DNA from: Eubacteriales bacterium | GTDB lineage: Bacteria > Bacillota > Clostridia > Oscillospirales > QAKW01 | DNA: 64,000 nt | Assembly (NCBI GenBank): GCA_045593905.1 | Contig: JAZNXL010000069.1 | Coordinates: forward strand, 13,355 to 77,354 | Direction of reading: 5' to 3' | Shown: in pieces, positions 18,000-26,912 of the stretch | Position numbering within the stretch: the stretch's first letter is position 1 | Layout: each line of letters begins with the position of its first letter | Notes under the pieces: generated by a model | The model's database searches: none | Seen by the model: the letters and a program-made list of their open reading frames with translations, nothing else | Told to the model about the DNA's origin: nothing | Program-made: the position numbers and the translations under genes

Positions 18000-18242
18000 A
18001 TGAGAATTGATAAATACTTAAAAGTATCACGACTTATAAAAAGGCGCACCGTTGCGCAGGAGGCTTGCGACGGCGGCAGAGTAAGTGTTGGCGGCAAGGT
18101 TGTAAAGCCTTCGTACGACGTTAAAGAGGGCGATATTATTGAGCTTTCTTTCGGCGCTAAAAAAACAAAGGTAAAGGTTACAAAGGTATGCGACTTTATT
18201 AAGGCTAACGAAGCCGATACCATGTACGAACTGCTAAATTAG
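18000..18242 (+). CDS. yabO: S4-domain RNA-binding protein (YabO/RqcP, Hsp15-like)
   Basis: 80 aa starting MRIDKYLKVSRLIKRRTVA, with conserved position after mazG-hup. The longer track ORF from 17691 is an out-of-frame run through hup. Confidence 0.8.
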   Translation: MRIDKYLKVSRLIKRRTVAQEACDGGRVSVGGKVVKPSYDVKEGDIIELSFGAKKTKVKVTKVCDFIKANEADTMYELLN

Positions 18243-18379
18243 TAAGTAATAAGTAAAAAGTAATAGTGAAAAAGTAACGTGGGAACGCAACTTTGGTTGC
18301 GTTCCTTTTAATTAAAAAAACTCGGCTTTTAGCCGAGTTTTCTCCTTACCTATTCACTATTACCTATTACCTATTACTT
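18243..18379 (+). repeat. Composite palindromic intergenic element, copy C
   Basis: Begins immediately after the yabO stop. Arms are in 7-nt register (AGTAAGT AATAAGT AAAAAGT AATAGTG ... TATTCAC TATTACC TATTACC TATTACT). H1 is GGAACGCAAC-TTTG-GTTGCGTTCC; H2 is CTCGGCT-TTT-AGCCGAG. Confidence 0.88.
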
Positions 18380-18380
18380 T

Positions 18381-18409
18381 AAAAAAGCACCCTTTCGGGT
18401 GCTTTTTTT
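18381..18409. terminator. Rho-independent terminator, copy 3 of the GCACCC TTTC GGGTGC hairpin
   Basis: AAAAAAGCACCCTTTCGGGTGCTTTTTTT abutting the stop of the minus-strand gene at 18408. Confidence 0.75.
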
Positions 18410-19439
18410 ATTCTTCTACAATGAACGCGTTGGGTATAAACCTCATACCGTCGGCATCCGAGCCGGAGGGTCGGTTTACAATCTCGTCGTTATACGACAT
18501 AACAGTTGACGAGCCGCCGTCGAGGTTGGCTGCGTTATAGCATTTTTGCTCAATCATAATCTCTTGAAGCTGTTTCATATTAACACCCATTGAGTAACCG
18601 GGCTGTCTGCCATCAACAACAACAAACACAACGGTGCCGTCTTTACGCTGGCCAATAGCAGTACGGGGTGCCACACCCCAGCCGCCGTTGCCTTTGATTT
18701 TTGCAGGCTCGCCGTTAATAATTAAAAACGGAGTAAACTCAACCGCATCGCGAAGCTTAAGGTCTTTAAGCTCGTACGCTTTATAGTTACCAAGAACGAG
18801 TACGTCGTCCTCGTTAAAGCCGATTATATTGTAATATTCTTCTTTGGGGTAGTTAAGTACGTCGCCGTCGCAAACGCAATAGCCCATAACAATACCGCCG
18901 TTACCCCAGCCTGCCGCGTCACCAAAGCCGCCTGCGTTAATGCCCGCTATTGCTTTAGGATAGTTTTGCAAAAGATACGGCATTTTTTGACCCTTTACGC
19001 CAAAGTACTTTGAAATACCAAGCTTTACTTTTGACGGGTCAGATACCTCGAGCATCCACGCCTTGTAACCGTCTTTGCTAATTTCGGTAAGCTTTGTATA
19101 CGCCTCTTCTTTTTGGTCTTTGTCGGTTTTTACAGCCTCGGTATCGGTTACCGATTCAAGCTCTTCAACCACGTTGCTTTCCATAACCGCTTTTATAGTT
19201 TCTTCGCTATAAAATATACGTGATATGTACTTGTGGCTGATGGTAGTTTCGGTTGAGGTTATCATAAACACCCTGAAGGTGTCGATAGGACCGTAGAGCA
19301 GTGCAAGGCTGACAATACCGAGCGTAAGCCAGGTCGCAAGCATTGACAAAACAAACTTACCAAGCGGGTCTTTTACAAACTTTTTAAATACCCATAAAAA
19401 GCCGTTTGTATTCTTTTTTGTGGTGCGGGGGTTGTTCAT
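18408..19439 (-). CDS. Phosphodiester glycosidase family protein (NAGPA/DUF2233-like), N-terminal membrane anchor
   Basis: NAGGFGD and ANLDGGSSTVM motifs; one TM helix near the N-terminus. Confidence 0.7.
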   Translation of the reverse strand: MNNPRTTKKNTNGFLWVFKKFVKDPLGKFVLSMLATWLTLGIVSLALLYGPIDTFRVFMITSTETTISHKYISRIFYSEETIKAVMESNVVEELESVTDTEAVKTDKDQKEEAYTKLTEISKDGYKAWMLEVSDPSKVKLGISKYFGVKGQKMPYLLQNYPKAIAGINAGGFGDAAGWGNGGIVMGYCVCDGDVLNYPKEEYYNIIGFNEDDVLVLGNYKAYELKDLKLRDAVEFTPFLIINGEPAKIKGNGGWGVAPRTAIGQRKDGTVVFVVVDGRQPGYSMGVNMKQLQEIMIEQKCYNAANLDGGSSTVMSYNDEIVNRPSGSDADGMRFIPNAFIVEE

Positions 19440-19465
19440 TAAATCATATCACCTAAAATAATAAA

Positions 19466-20530
19466 TTAGTCTTCTTTAATTTGTTTGTGTACCTTGTGTT
19501 TGTATGCAATAATTGAAACAAGCATAATAACAATAAACACAATAAGCACAAGTATTGCGGCACGAATAAAGCCCTCACCTGCAATAAGCACGGCAGTAAG
19601 GCTTAAAACAGCAGCAACACCATACATTATAAGCACAGTCTTTTTTTGTGAAAAACCAAGGTCAATAAGCCTGTGGTGAAGGTGGGTTTTGTCGGCACTC
19701 ATTGGCGATTTACCGCTGAGTATTCGTCTTATTGATACAAACACCATATCGAATATGGGAAGACCGAAAATTAAAAACGGAATTGCAAACGCAATAATGG
19801 CATACGCCTTAAAAAGACCCATAATCGACATTACCGCAAGGGTGTAGCCAATAAACATTGAGCCGGTATCGCCCATAAACATTTTTGCAGGGTTAAAGTT
19901 ATAAGGTACAAAGCCAAGGCAGGCGCCTGCAAGTGCCGCAGCCAAAATCGCAACCGCGGGCGACTGTAAAAGTATTACAATAATCATAACGCAGGTTGCC
20001 ATAATTCCCGAAACGCCAACCGCAAGACCGTCAAGGCCGTCAATTAAGTTAACCGAGTTGAGTATTGCAAGCATCCAGAACACAGTCACAATATACTGAG
20101 CCCATACGGGAAGTATAAAGCTTGCGCCGTTTGGGTCGAAAAAGTTGGGAATGTGAGTAATACGCACACCGCAGATGGTGGGAATTAGCGTTGCAACTAT
20201 TTGTATTAAAAACTTTTTCTTTGCAGCAAGCGCCAACACGTCGTCAAACATACCAAGCGCAATTATTACGATTGCACCAATAAGCATACCGCGGATTTCA
20301 CGCGTCATATACCCTGTATCAAAAATGATTGACGAGATATAAAAGCCGGCGAATATTGCGATACCGCCAAGACGCGGTATAGGTTTTTTGTGCATACGGC
20401 GTGTGTCTTTGGGAACGTCTATTGCGCCGATTTTATACGCTATTGTTTTTGCAACAGGTGTGCCAAGAAACGATACGATTAATGCAGTTATAAAAGCACA
20501 CACTATAAGAACATAGTCAGTAAATTTCAT
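19466..20530 (-). CDS. Glycosyltransferase family 4 polyprenyl-phosphate HexNAc-1-phosphate transferase (WecA/TagO-like)
   Basis: MraY/WecA motifs NLIDGLDGLA and MGDTGSMFIGY; about 10 TM helices. Confidence 0.85.
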   Translation of the reverse strand: MKFTDYVLIVCAFITALIVSFLGTPVAKTIAYKIGAIDVPKDTRRMHKKPIPRLGGIAIFAGFYISSIIFDTGYMTREIRGMLIGAIVIIALGMFDDVLALAAKKKFLIQIVATLIPTICGVRITHIPNFFDPNGASFILPVWAQYIVTVFWMLAILNSVNLIDGLDGLAVGVSGIMATCVMIIVILLQSPAVAILAAALAGACLGFVPYNFNPAKMFMGDTGSMFIGYTLAVMSIMGLFKAYAIIAFAIPFLIFGLPIFDMVFVSIRRILSGKSPMSADKTHLHHRLIDLGFSQKKTVLIMYGVAAVLSLTAVLIAGEGFIRAAILVLIVFIVIMLVSIIAYKHKVHKQIKED

Positions 20531-20543
20531 AAGCTAAAATCCT

Positions 20544-21542
20544 TTATTTTTTTACAAAACCTATTTTTTTGTATACCTTTGAAAGCATTTTGTTTGAAAG
20601 ATAGTTAGCAGTTTGGGCGCTCTGGGTATAAACCTTTTCAAGATACGCTTTATCTTTAATAAGTGCGTCGTATTTTTGTTTTAACGGCGCGAGTGCGTCG
20701 GCAACAGTTTCGCCTACTGCAAGCTTAAAGTCACCGTAGCCAAAGCCCTCAAACTCTTTTACTGCGTCATCAATTGAACAGCCCTTGATTGCACTGTATA
20801 TTGATAAAAGGTTTGAAATGCCTGCTTTTTCGGGTGAGTAGCAAATTTTATTATCGCTGTCGGTAACAGCGCTTTTAAACTTTTTAATAATAACGTCGCG
20901 CTCGTCGATAATGCTGACGTACGATTTGGGGTTGGGGTCTGACTTGCTCATTTTTTTGTCAGGCTGTGTAAGTGACATTACACGCGCGCCAACCGACGGG
21001 ATATAGCCCTCGGGTACCTTGAACACGTCACCGTAAATGCCGTTAAAACGAATTGCAATGTCGCGGGCAAGCTCTAAATGCTGTTTTTGGTCAACGCCCA
21101 CAGGCACAAGGTCGGTATTATACAAAAGAATATCTGCCGCCATAAGTGTAGGGTAGGTAAAAAGACCTGCGTTAATATTATCTGCGTGCTGCGCCGACTT
21201 ATCCTTAAACTGTGTCATACGCGAAAGCTCACCATACATTGTGTAGCAGTTAAGCACCCACGCAAGCTCGGCATGATGCGGTACGTGGCTTTGAATAAAC
21301 ACAAGACTTTTTTCGGGGTCAACGCCTGCGGCAAGCACAATTGCAAGTGTTGAAAGTGTGCGCGCTCTTAAATCGGCAGGTGTGTTGCGCACGGTGATTG
21401 CGTGCATATCAACAACCGAGAATATGCCGTAGCCAAGCTCGGCGGTTTTTGGCCAGTTACGAACTGCGCCGATATAGTTACCAAGCGTGATTGTTCCGCT
21501 GGGTTGTATTCCACTAAATATTATTTTTTGATTTTGTTCCAT
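20544..21542 (-). CDS. trpS: Tryptophan--tRNA ligase
   Basis: FSGIQPSGTITLGNYIG (HIGH region) and KMSKSDP. Start at ATG 21542 (MEQNQKIIFSG), not track start 21614. Confidence 0.93.
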   Translation of the reverse strand: MEQNQKIIFSGIQPSGTITLGNYIGAVRNWPKTAELGYGIFSVVDMHAITVRNTPADLRARTLSTLAIVLAAGVDPEKSLVFIQSHVPHHAELAWVLNCYTMYGELSRMTQFKDKSAQHADNINAGLFTYPTLMAADILLYNTDLVPVGVDQKQHLELARDIAIRFNGIYGDVFKVPEGYIPSVGARVMSLTQPDKKMSKSDPNPKSYVSIIDERDVIIKKFKSAVTDSDNKICYSPEKAGISNLLSIYSAIKGCSIDDAVKEFEGFGYGDFKLAVGETVADALAPLKQKYDALIKDKAYLEKVYTQSAQTANYLSNKMLSKVYKKIGFVKK

Positions 21543-21614
21543 AATAACACCATTGTACATAATAATATAAATTATCATAACATATTTAAAATAATAAAAC
21601 AACACTTTTTGCAA

Positions 21615-21646
21615 AATAAAAAGCAGGAGAAATTCTCCTGCTTTTA
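21615..21646. terminator. Bidirectional terminator after the HAD gene
   Basis: AGCAGGAGAA / TTCTCCTGCT hairpin flanked by an A-run and a T-run. Confidence 0.75.
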
Positions 21647-22249
21647 TTAAAGCTCAAAATTACAAAGGTCGGCTTTAAAGTTATTTGCCGTTGTAAAATG
21701 GTGAGTATTAAAACCGAGGCTTTTTGCCATCTCAATGTTTTTAAGTGTATCGTCAACAAAAAGGCAGTTTTCGGCTTTAAGGTTGTACTCATTTAAAACG
21801 TATTCAAAAATCTGTTTATCAGGCTTTGCCATTTTTAGCTTGTATGACACGACAAGTCCGTCAAAAAAGTCGAGCGCTCTGTTTGGCTCTGCCACCGTTT
21901 GAAACACGCCCTCGGGGAAGTTTGACAAAAGATAGATTTTTTTACCGCGCTCTTTTAATTCCTTTACAACCTCATACATATCGGTATACGGGGTGCAGGC
22001 GCGGTGGATATTTGTTATAAACTGCAAAAGCGCCGTATGCATTGACGGGTCAAGCTCGGCTTTTAAAAGCGAGATAAGCTGCTCTTTTGTGTTAATGCCT
22101 GCATCGTAAAGTCGCCAATGCTCAGTCATTACCGCGCTGTCAAACAGCTTTTTTGCACTATCCCTGTCGCCTGTGTACCTGGCGGCAAGGCTGATGTAAT
22201 CTATTTTTTCGAGCACATCGCCAAAATCAAAAATTATTGTATCAATCAT
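21647..22249 (-). CDS. HAD-superfamily hydrolase
   Basis: Motif I IIFDFGDVL; C-terminal FVDD motif. Start at ATG 22249. Confidence 0.75.
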   Translation of the reverse strand: MIDTIIFDFGDVLEKIDYISLAARYTGDRDSAKKLFDSAVMTEHWRLYDAGINTKEQLISLLKAELDPSMHTALLQFITNIHRACTPYTDMYEVVKELKERGKKIYLLSNFPEGVFQTVAEPNRALDFFDGLVVSYKLKMAKPDKQIFEYVLNEYNLKAENCLFVDDTLKNIEMAKSLGFNTHHFTTANNFKADLCNFEL

Positions 22250-22266
22250 ACTAAGCCTTTCGTAAC

Positions 22267-22390
22267 GTGCATCAGCACATTTCATGCATCCTAGATGCAT
22301 TTAATGAGTCAACAGCTCATTTCATGCCGTAGGCATTTCATTAAATTAAATGATGCCATGCATCATGAAATGACAACGCGTTGTCATTTT
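22267..22390. repeat. Mini-hairpin array, ATTTCAT/ATGAAAT-linker family (6 units)
   Basis: GTGC ATCA GCAC-ATTTCAT-GCATC CTA GATGC-ATTTAAT-GAG TCAACAG CTC-ATTTCAT-GCC GTA GGC-ATTTCATTAAATTAAAT-GATGC CAT GCATC-ATGAAAT-GACAAC GC GTTGTC-ATTTT. The last hairpin overlaps the stop of the upstream gene. Confidence 0.75.
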
Positions 22391-24408
22391 AAAAACTTAA
22401 GTGCGCCGGTGGGACAAACGTCAACACACATATGGCAGTCTTTACAACCGTCTATAATGTTATCGTTAAACTCGGGTTTAATAACTGTTTTAAAGCCGCG
22501 GTCTACAAGCCCTAAAATACCTTTTTTGGCATTTTCTTTACAGGTGCGAACGCAAAGGTTACACAAAATACATTTACCCTGGTCGCGCTCAATACAAACG
22601 AGTTTTTTCTCGGTAAACGACTGATGCATTTCGCCCTCGAGTCGTTTAACGTCAAGCTCTTGCATATTCGCATAGCGGATAAGCTTACAGTCGTTATAGT
22701 CGTGACAACCGCACTCAAGACAGCGTGCCGCCTCTTTGCGTGCATCAGCCTCGTCAAAGCCAAGATTTATCTCTAAAAAGTCATTTTTGCGCTCGTTTGC
22801 ATCGCGTACAGGCATTTTTATGCGTGCGCATTTTTCAAACTTTTCAAAAAATTCGGGCTTTGGTGTTTTTTGTGATACAAACGGAGCCTTATATTCAATC
22901 GGCATACCGTTTAAGTAGCCGTCGATTACTAAAGCCGCTTTGTTTGCCTCGCCTATTGCGGCAATGGCGATTGATGCGCCCCTATTAGTAGCATCACCCA
23001 CTGCAAACACGCCTTCAACGTTTGTTGCAAAGGTGCGCTCGTTTGCAGCAATAATACCGCGTGCGTTGAGCTCAAGCGCCTCGAAGCCTTTAACGTTTAC
23101 CTTTTGACCGATAGCGGTTATAACAGTATCGACGTCTAATATTTCAAACTTTCCTTCTACTGCAACAGGTGAACGTCTGCCGCTTTCGTCAGGCTCGCCA
23201 AGCTCCATAACCTGAAGCTTAATTTTTTCTACTTTTCCGTCTTTTCCAATAATTTCGGCGGGGTTTGTAAGGAATTTGAACTGTACGCCCTCTTCCATTG
23301 CCTCTTCAATTTCAATATCTTCAGCAGGCATTTCGTTGCGTGTTCTTCTATAAATTACATACACGTTTTTTGCGCCTTTGCGAACTGCAGTTCTGCAGGC
23401 ATCCATTGCGGTGTTACCGCCGCCTACAACTGCAACGCTTTGGCCAATATCAAAATCTTCGCCTTTTGCAACGCGGCGTAAAAACTCAATACCGCCCATA
23501 ACGCCGTTTAAGTTTTCGCCCTCGCATCTAAGTCCCATATTGTTCCAGGCACCTATTGCAACAACTACCGCGTCAAAGTCAGCCTTTAAGCTTTCAAAGG
23601 TGATAGCCTCGCCTATTTTAACGTTGTTTACAAGCTTAACGCCAAGCGACTCGATTTCGGCAATCTCTTTATCAAGCACTGCTTTGGGGAGTCGGTATTC
23701 GGGGATACCATAGCGGAGCATACCGCCCATTTTATCCATAGCATCGTAAATTGTAACTGCGTGGCCTTTTTGCGCAAGGTAGTAAGCGGCTGTAAGACCT
23801 GCAGGACCGCCGCCCACTATCGCAACAGTTTTGCCTGTCGGCTTTTCGGGTGTTGGGATATACGGTTTTGTTTTTAGCACGTTATCAGCGGCAAACGATT
23901 TTAAATATGCAATCGAGATAGGCTGCTCAACGTTTTTTCTGCGGCAAGCGGTTTCGCAAGGATGCGGACACACTCTGCCGATTGATGCAGGAAGCGGAAC
24001 CTTATCTTTAATAATTTTAACCGCCTCGTAGTCGTTGCCGTTTGCAATTTGTTTTAAATAGCCCTGACAGTCGGTACCTGCGGGGCAGTTGAGTGAGCAG
24101 GGACCTTTGCAGTCGCCCTCGTGGTCACTCATTAAAAGCTCAAGCGCGATTTTTCTAACCTTTTTAACACGCTTGGAGTTTGTAAAAATATTCATCCCGT
24201 CGTTTGCAACGGTAGAGCAAGCGCGCATAAGCTTGGGCGCGCCCTCGCATTCAACAATACACACACCGCAAGCGCCGTAAAGCTTTACGTTTTTGTGGTG
24301 GCAGAGTGTGGGTATTTCGATGCCGTTAGCGGTTGCTATTTCAAGGATAGTAGCGCCTTTTTCAGCCTTGCATACAACCGAGTCGATTGTTATAGTTATA
24401 TATTCCAT
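22384..24408 (-). CDS. Fe-S flavoprotein: N-terminal 2Fe-2S/NuoG-like clusters fused to a GltD/NfnB-like NAD(P)H oxidoreductase and C-terminal 4Fe-4S ferredoxin domains
   Basis: CHHKNVKLYGACGVC...MRAC (2Fe-2S); RVCPHPCETACRR (GltD Fe-S); two Rossmann motifs VAIVGGGPAGL and VAVVGGGNTAMD; C-terminal CILCNLCVRTC and CKDCHMCVDVCP. Confidence 0.8.
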   Translation of the reverse strand: MEYITITIDSVVCKAEKGATILEIATANGIEIPTLCHHKNVKLYGACGVCIVECEGAPKLMRACSTVANDGMNIFTNSKRVKKVRKIALELLMSDHEGDCKGPCSLNCPAGTDCQGYLKQIANGNDYEAVKIIKDKVPLPASIGRVCPHPCETACRRKNVEQPISIAYLKSFAADNVLKTKPYIPTPEKPTGKTVAIVGGGPAGLTAAYYLAQKGHAVTIYDAMDKMGGMLRYGIPEYRLPKAVLDKEIAEIESLGVKLVNNVKIGEAITFESLKADFDAVVVAIGAWNNMGLRCEGENLNGVMGGIEFLRRVAKGEDFDIGQSVAVVGGGNTAMDACRTAVRKGAKNVYVIYRRTRNEMPAEDIEIEEAMEEGVQFKFLTNPAEIIGKDGKVEKIKLQVMELGEPDESGRRSPVAVEGKFEILDVDTVITAIGQKVNVKGFEALELNARGIIAANERTFATNVEGVFAVGDATNRGASIAIAAIGEANKAALVIDGYLNGMPIEYKAPFVSQKTPKPEFFEKFEKCARIKMPVRDANERKNDFLEINLGFDEADARKEAARCLECGCHDYNDCKLIRYANMQELDVKRLEGEMHQSFTEKKLVCIERDQGKCILCNLCVRTCKENAKKGILGLVDRGFKTVIKPEFNDNIIDGCKDCHMCVDVCPTGALKFLK

Positions 24409-24412
24409 TTTA

Positions 24413-26146
24413 CTACTTCCTTTCTATAGCGTTAAATTTACAGGTTGCGATACACTGACCGCACTTGATACATTTTTGTGTGTCGATTGTGTGAGCACTC
24501 TTAAGCTCGCCCGAGATTGCGCCTACAGGGCACTTTTTAGCACAAAGCGTACAGCCCTTACAGTTATCTTTATTTATGTAATAGGTAACAAGGTCAGCGC
24601 ACTCGAGTGTGGGACAGCGCTTATCGTAAATATGCGCCTCGTACTCGTTTTTAAAGTAACGGATGGTTGATAAAACGGGGTTGGGCGCAGTTTGACCGAG
24701 ACCGCAAAGCGCGCCGTCTTTAACGCCAAGACAAAGCTCTTCTAAAAGCTCAATATCGCCGTCTTTGCCCTCGCCTTTTGTAATGCGTGTAAGTATTTCT
24801 AAAAGGCGCTTTGTACCGATACGGCAGTGAACACATTTACCGCACGATTCTTTTGCGGTAAAGTCTAAAAAGAATTTTGCCATATTAACCATACAGGTGG
24901 TATCGTCCATAACAACCATACCGCCCGAGCCCATAATAGCGCCTGTTTTTGCAAGCTCTTTATAGTCGATAACGGTATTAAACTTATCAGCAGGGATACA
25001 GCCGCCCGAAGGACCGCCAAGCTGAACTGCCTTGCAGTCGCGTCCGCCGCGGATCCCGCCGCCGATATCGTAAATAATATCGTTTATTGTCATACCCATA
25101 GGCACCTCAACAAGACCGCCGCGGTTGATTTTGCCTGTGAGCGCAAACACCTTTGTGCCCTTTGAGTCGGCAGTGCCCATTTTTGCAAACGCCTCGCCGC
25201 CGTTTAGCATTATCCAGGCAACGTTTGCAAAGGTTTCAACGTTATTTATATTAGATGGCTCGTCGTTGTAGCCCTTTTGTGCAGGGAACGGCGGTTTTAA
25301 GCGCGGCATACCGCGTTTGCCCTCGAGTGACTCGATAAGCGCGGTTTCTTCACCGCACACAAACGCGCCTGCGCCCGCTTTAATGCGCATTTTACAGCTA
25401 AAGCCCGAACCAAGTATGTTATCACCTAAATAGCCTGCTTTTTCAGCCTCGGCAATTGCATCCTGAAGGCGTGTGATTGCAAGCGGATACTCGGCACGAA
25501 CGTAAACTACCGCCTCGCTTGCGCCGATTGCGTAAGCGCCAATGAGCATACCCTCAATAAGCGAGTGCGGGTCAGACTCAATAACCGCTCTATCCATAAA
25601 CGCACCGGGGTCGCCCTCGTCGGCGTTACATATTAAATACTTGGTATCGCTTACCGAATTTTTAGCAGCGTTCCACTTAAACCAGGTAGGAAAGCCTGCG
25701 CCGCCGCGGCCTGCAAGGCCTGATACCTTAATCTCGTCAATAACCTCGTCGGCGGTCATTTTAAGCACCTTTTCAAGCGCTTTATAGCCGTCGTGGTTTA
25801 CATAATCTTTTATGTCAGTCGGGTCAATAACACCGCAGTTTCTAAGCGCAATACGTGTTTGCTTTTGTAAAAAGCCGTTATCGTCGTCGGTGATTGTAAT
25901 ATCGTTAAGAGTTGAAAGGTCACCCGATTTTATTGCGGTTGCGATTAAGCCTGCGTGGTCGGGGGTTACCTTTACAAGACGGCGTACAAGAGTATCATCG
26001 TCGTAAATATCAACAATAGGCTCTAAAAAGCACATACCGATACAGCCTGTGATTGTGGGGGCGATACCGTTTTGTGTGAGAGCTAAAAATACTTTATGAG
26101 CGCCTGCGGCGATACCGCAGCTGCCCTCGCCTACTACTACTCGCAT
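24413..26146 (-). CDS. NuoF/HydB-like NADH-binding FMN Fe-S subunit
   Basis: LAGRGGAGFPT (FMN/NADH site), ESCGKCVHCR cluster motif, and C-terminal 2x[4Fe-4S] CxxCxxCxxxCP motifs. Confidence 0.88.
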   Translation of the reverse strand: MRVVVGEGSCGIAAGAHKVFLALTQNGIAPTITGCIGMCFLEPIVDIYDDDTLVRRLVKVTPDHAGLIATAIKSGDLSTLNDITITDDDNGFLQKQTRIALRNCGVIDPTDIKDYVNHDGYKALEKVLKMTADEVIDEIKVSGLAGRGGAGFPTWFKWNAAKNSVSDTKYLICNADEGDPGAFMDRAVIESDPHSLIEGMLIGAYAIGASEAVVYVRAEYPLAITRLQDAIAEAEKAGYLGDNILGSGFSCKMRIKAGAGAFVCGEETALIESLEGKRGMPRLKPPFPAQKGYNDEPSNINNVETFANVAWIMLNGGEAFAKMGTADSKGTKVFALTGKINRGGLVEVPMGMTINDIIYDIGGGIRGGRDCKAVQLGGPSGGCIPADKFNTVIDYKELAKTGAIMGSGGMVVMDDTTCMVNMAKFFLDFTAKESCGKCVHCRIGTKRLLEILTRITKGEGKDGDIELLEELCLGVKDGALCGLGQTAPNPVLSTIRYFKNEYEAHIYDKRCPTLECADLVTYYINKDNCKGCTLCAKKCPVGAISGELKSAHTIDTQKCIKCGQCIATCKFNAIERK

Positions 26147-26634
26147 TTTGCCGCCTCCTTTAAAGATTCAATAATTGAAATTGCCTTTTGCGGAGTTAAG
26201 CTGCCGTATGTTTCGCCGTTTATCATCATAACGGGCGAAAGTGAGCAACAGCCAAGGCAGGCAACGTCTTTTAAAGTAAAGAGTCCGTCGTCGGTTGTTT
26301 CGCCGTCGGCAATTCCAAGATGCTCGCAGATTGCGCTTTCAATACGCTCTGAGCCGTTTACGTGACAGGCTGTGCCCTGGCAAAGCATTATAAGGTACTT
26401 GCCAACAGGTTTTAGCCTGAACTGTGTATAAAAGGTTGCAACGCCCATAACCTCGGCGGGTGTAGAGCCTGTTTTATGCGCAATGTGATATATTACATCA
26501 GTAGGAAGATAGCCGTAAATATCTTGCGCTTTTTGTAAAATTGTAATAAGACTTCCCTTTACCGATGCGTACTCGTTTAAAACGCCGTCAAGCAAAGTAA
26601 GGTCGCTGTTATTTGAGCAACAACAATTTGACAT
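26137..26634 (-). CDS. NuoE/HydC-like 2Fe-2S thioredoxin-fold subunit
   Basis: CQGTACHVNG ... CLGCCSLSPV cysteine pattern, 165 aa. Overlaps the NuoF-like start by 10 nt. Confidence 0.88.
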   Translation of the reverse strand: MSNCCCSNNSDLTLLDGVLNEYASVKGSLITILQKAQDIYGYLPTDVIYHIAHKTGSTPAEVMGVATFYTQFRLKPVGKYLIMLCQGTACHVNGSERIESAICEHLGIADGETTDDGLFTLKDVACLGCCSLSPVMMINGETYGSLTPQKAISIIESLKEAAKCE

Positions 26635-26912
26635 AATATCCTTCTCCTCTTTGATTTGTCTATATAATTTTACATTATTGTATAACCTGTGTCAATTGTG
26701 GTTTTATGACATTTTGTAAAAACCCCTGTCCTTGCTTTCGTTAAATTAAATAAATCGCGAATAATTTTTTAGTGATTTTTAACCAATGTTAACACATTTT
26801 ATTTTTTTTGATTTTTTTATTGATTTTTGTATATTATAGTGCTAAAATAAACTCATAATTTCACAAACGGCGGACACTTGTCCACCGCTTGAGCACAAGG
26901 AGAAAGAGAATT

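Noticed and set aside
17691-18242. 183-aa ORF spanning hup and the S4 gene
   Set aside because: Its first ~100 aa are an out-of-frame read through hup and its terminator. Only the last 80 aa (from ATG 18000) form the S4-domain protein.
21543-21646. T-box leader upstream of trpS (likewise upstream of argS)
   Set aside because: Only about 100 nt separate trpS from the upstream gene's terminator, and no T-box sequence (AGGGUGGNACCGCG-like) is visible. argS is directly preceded by the DUF1934 gene.
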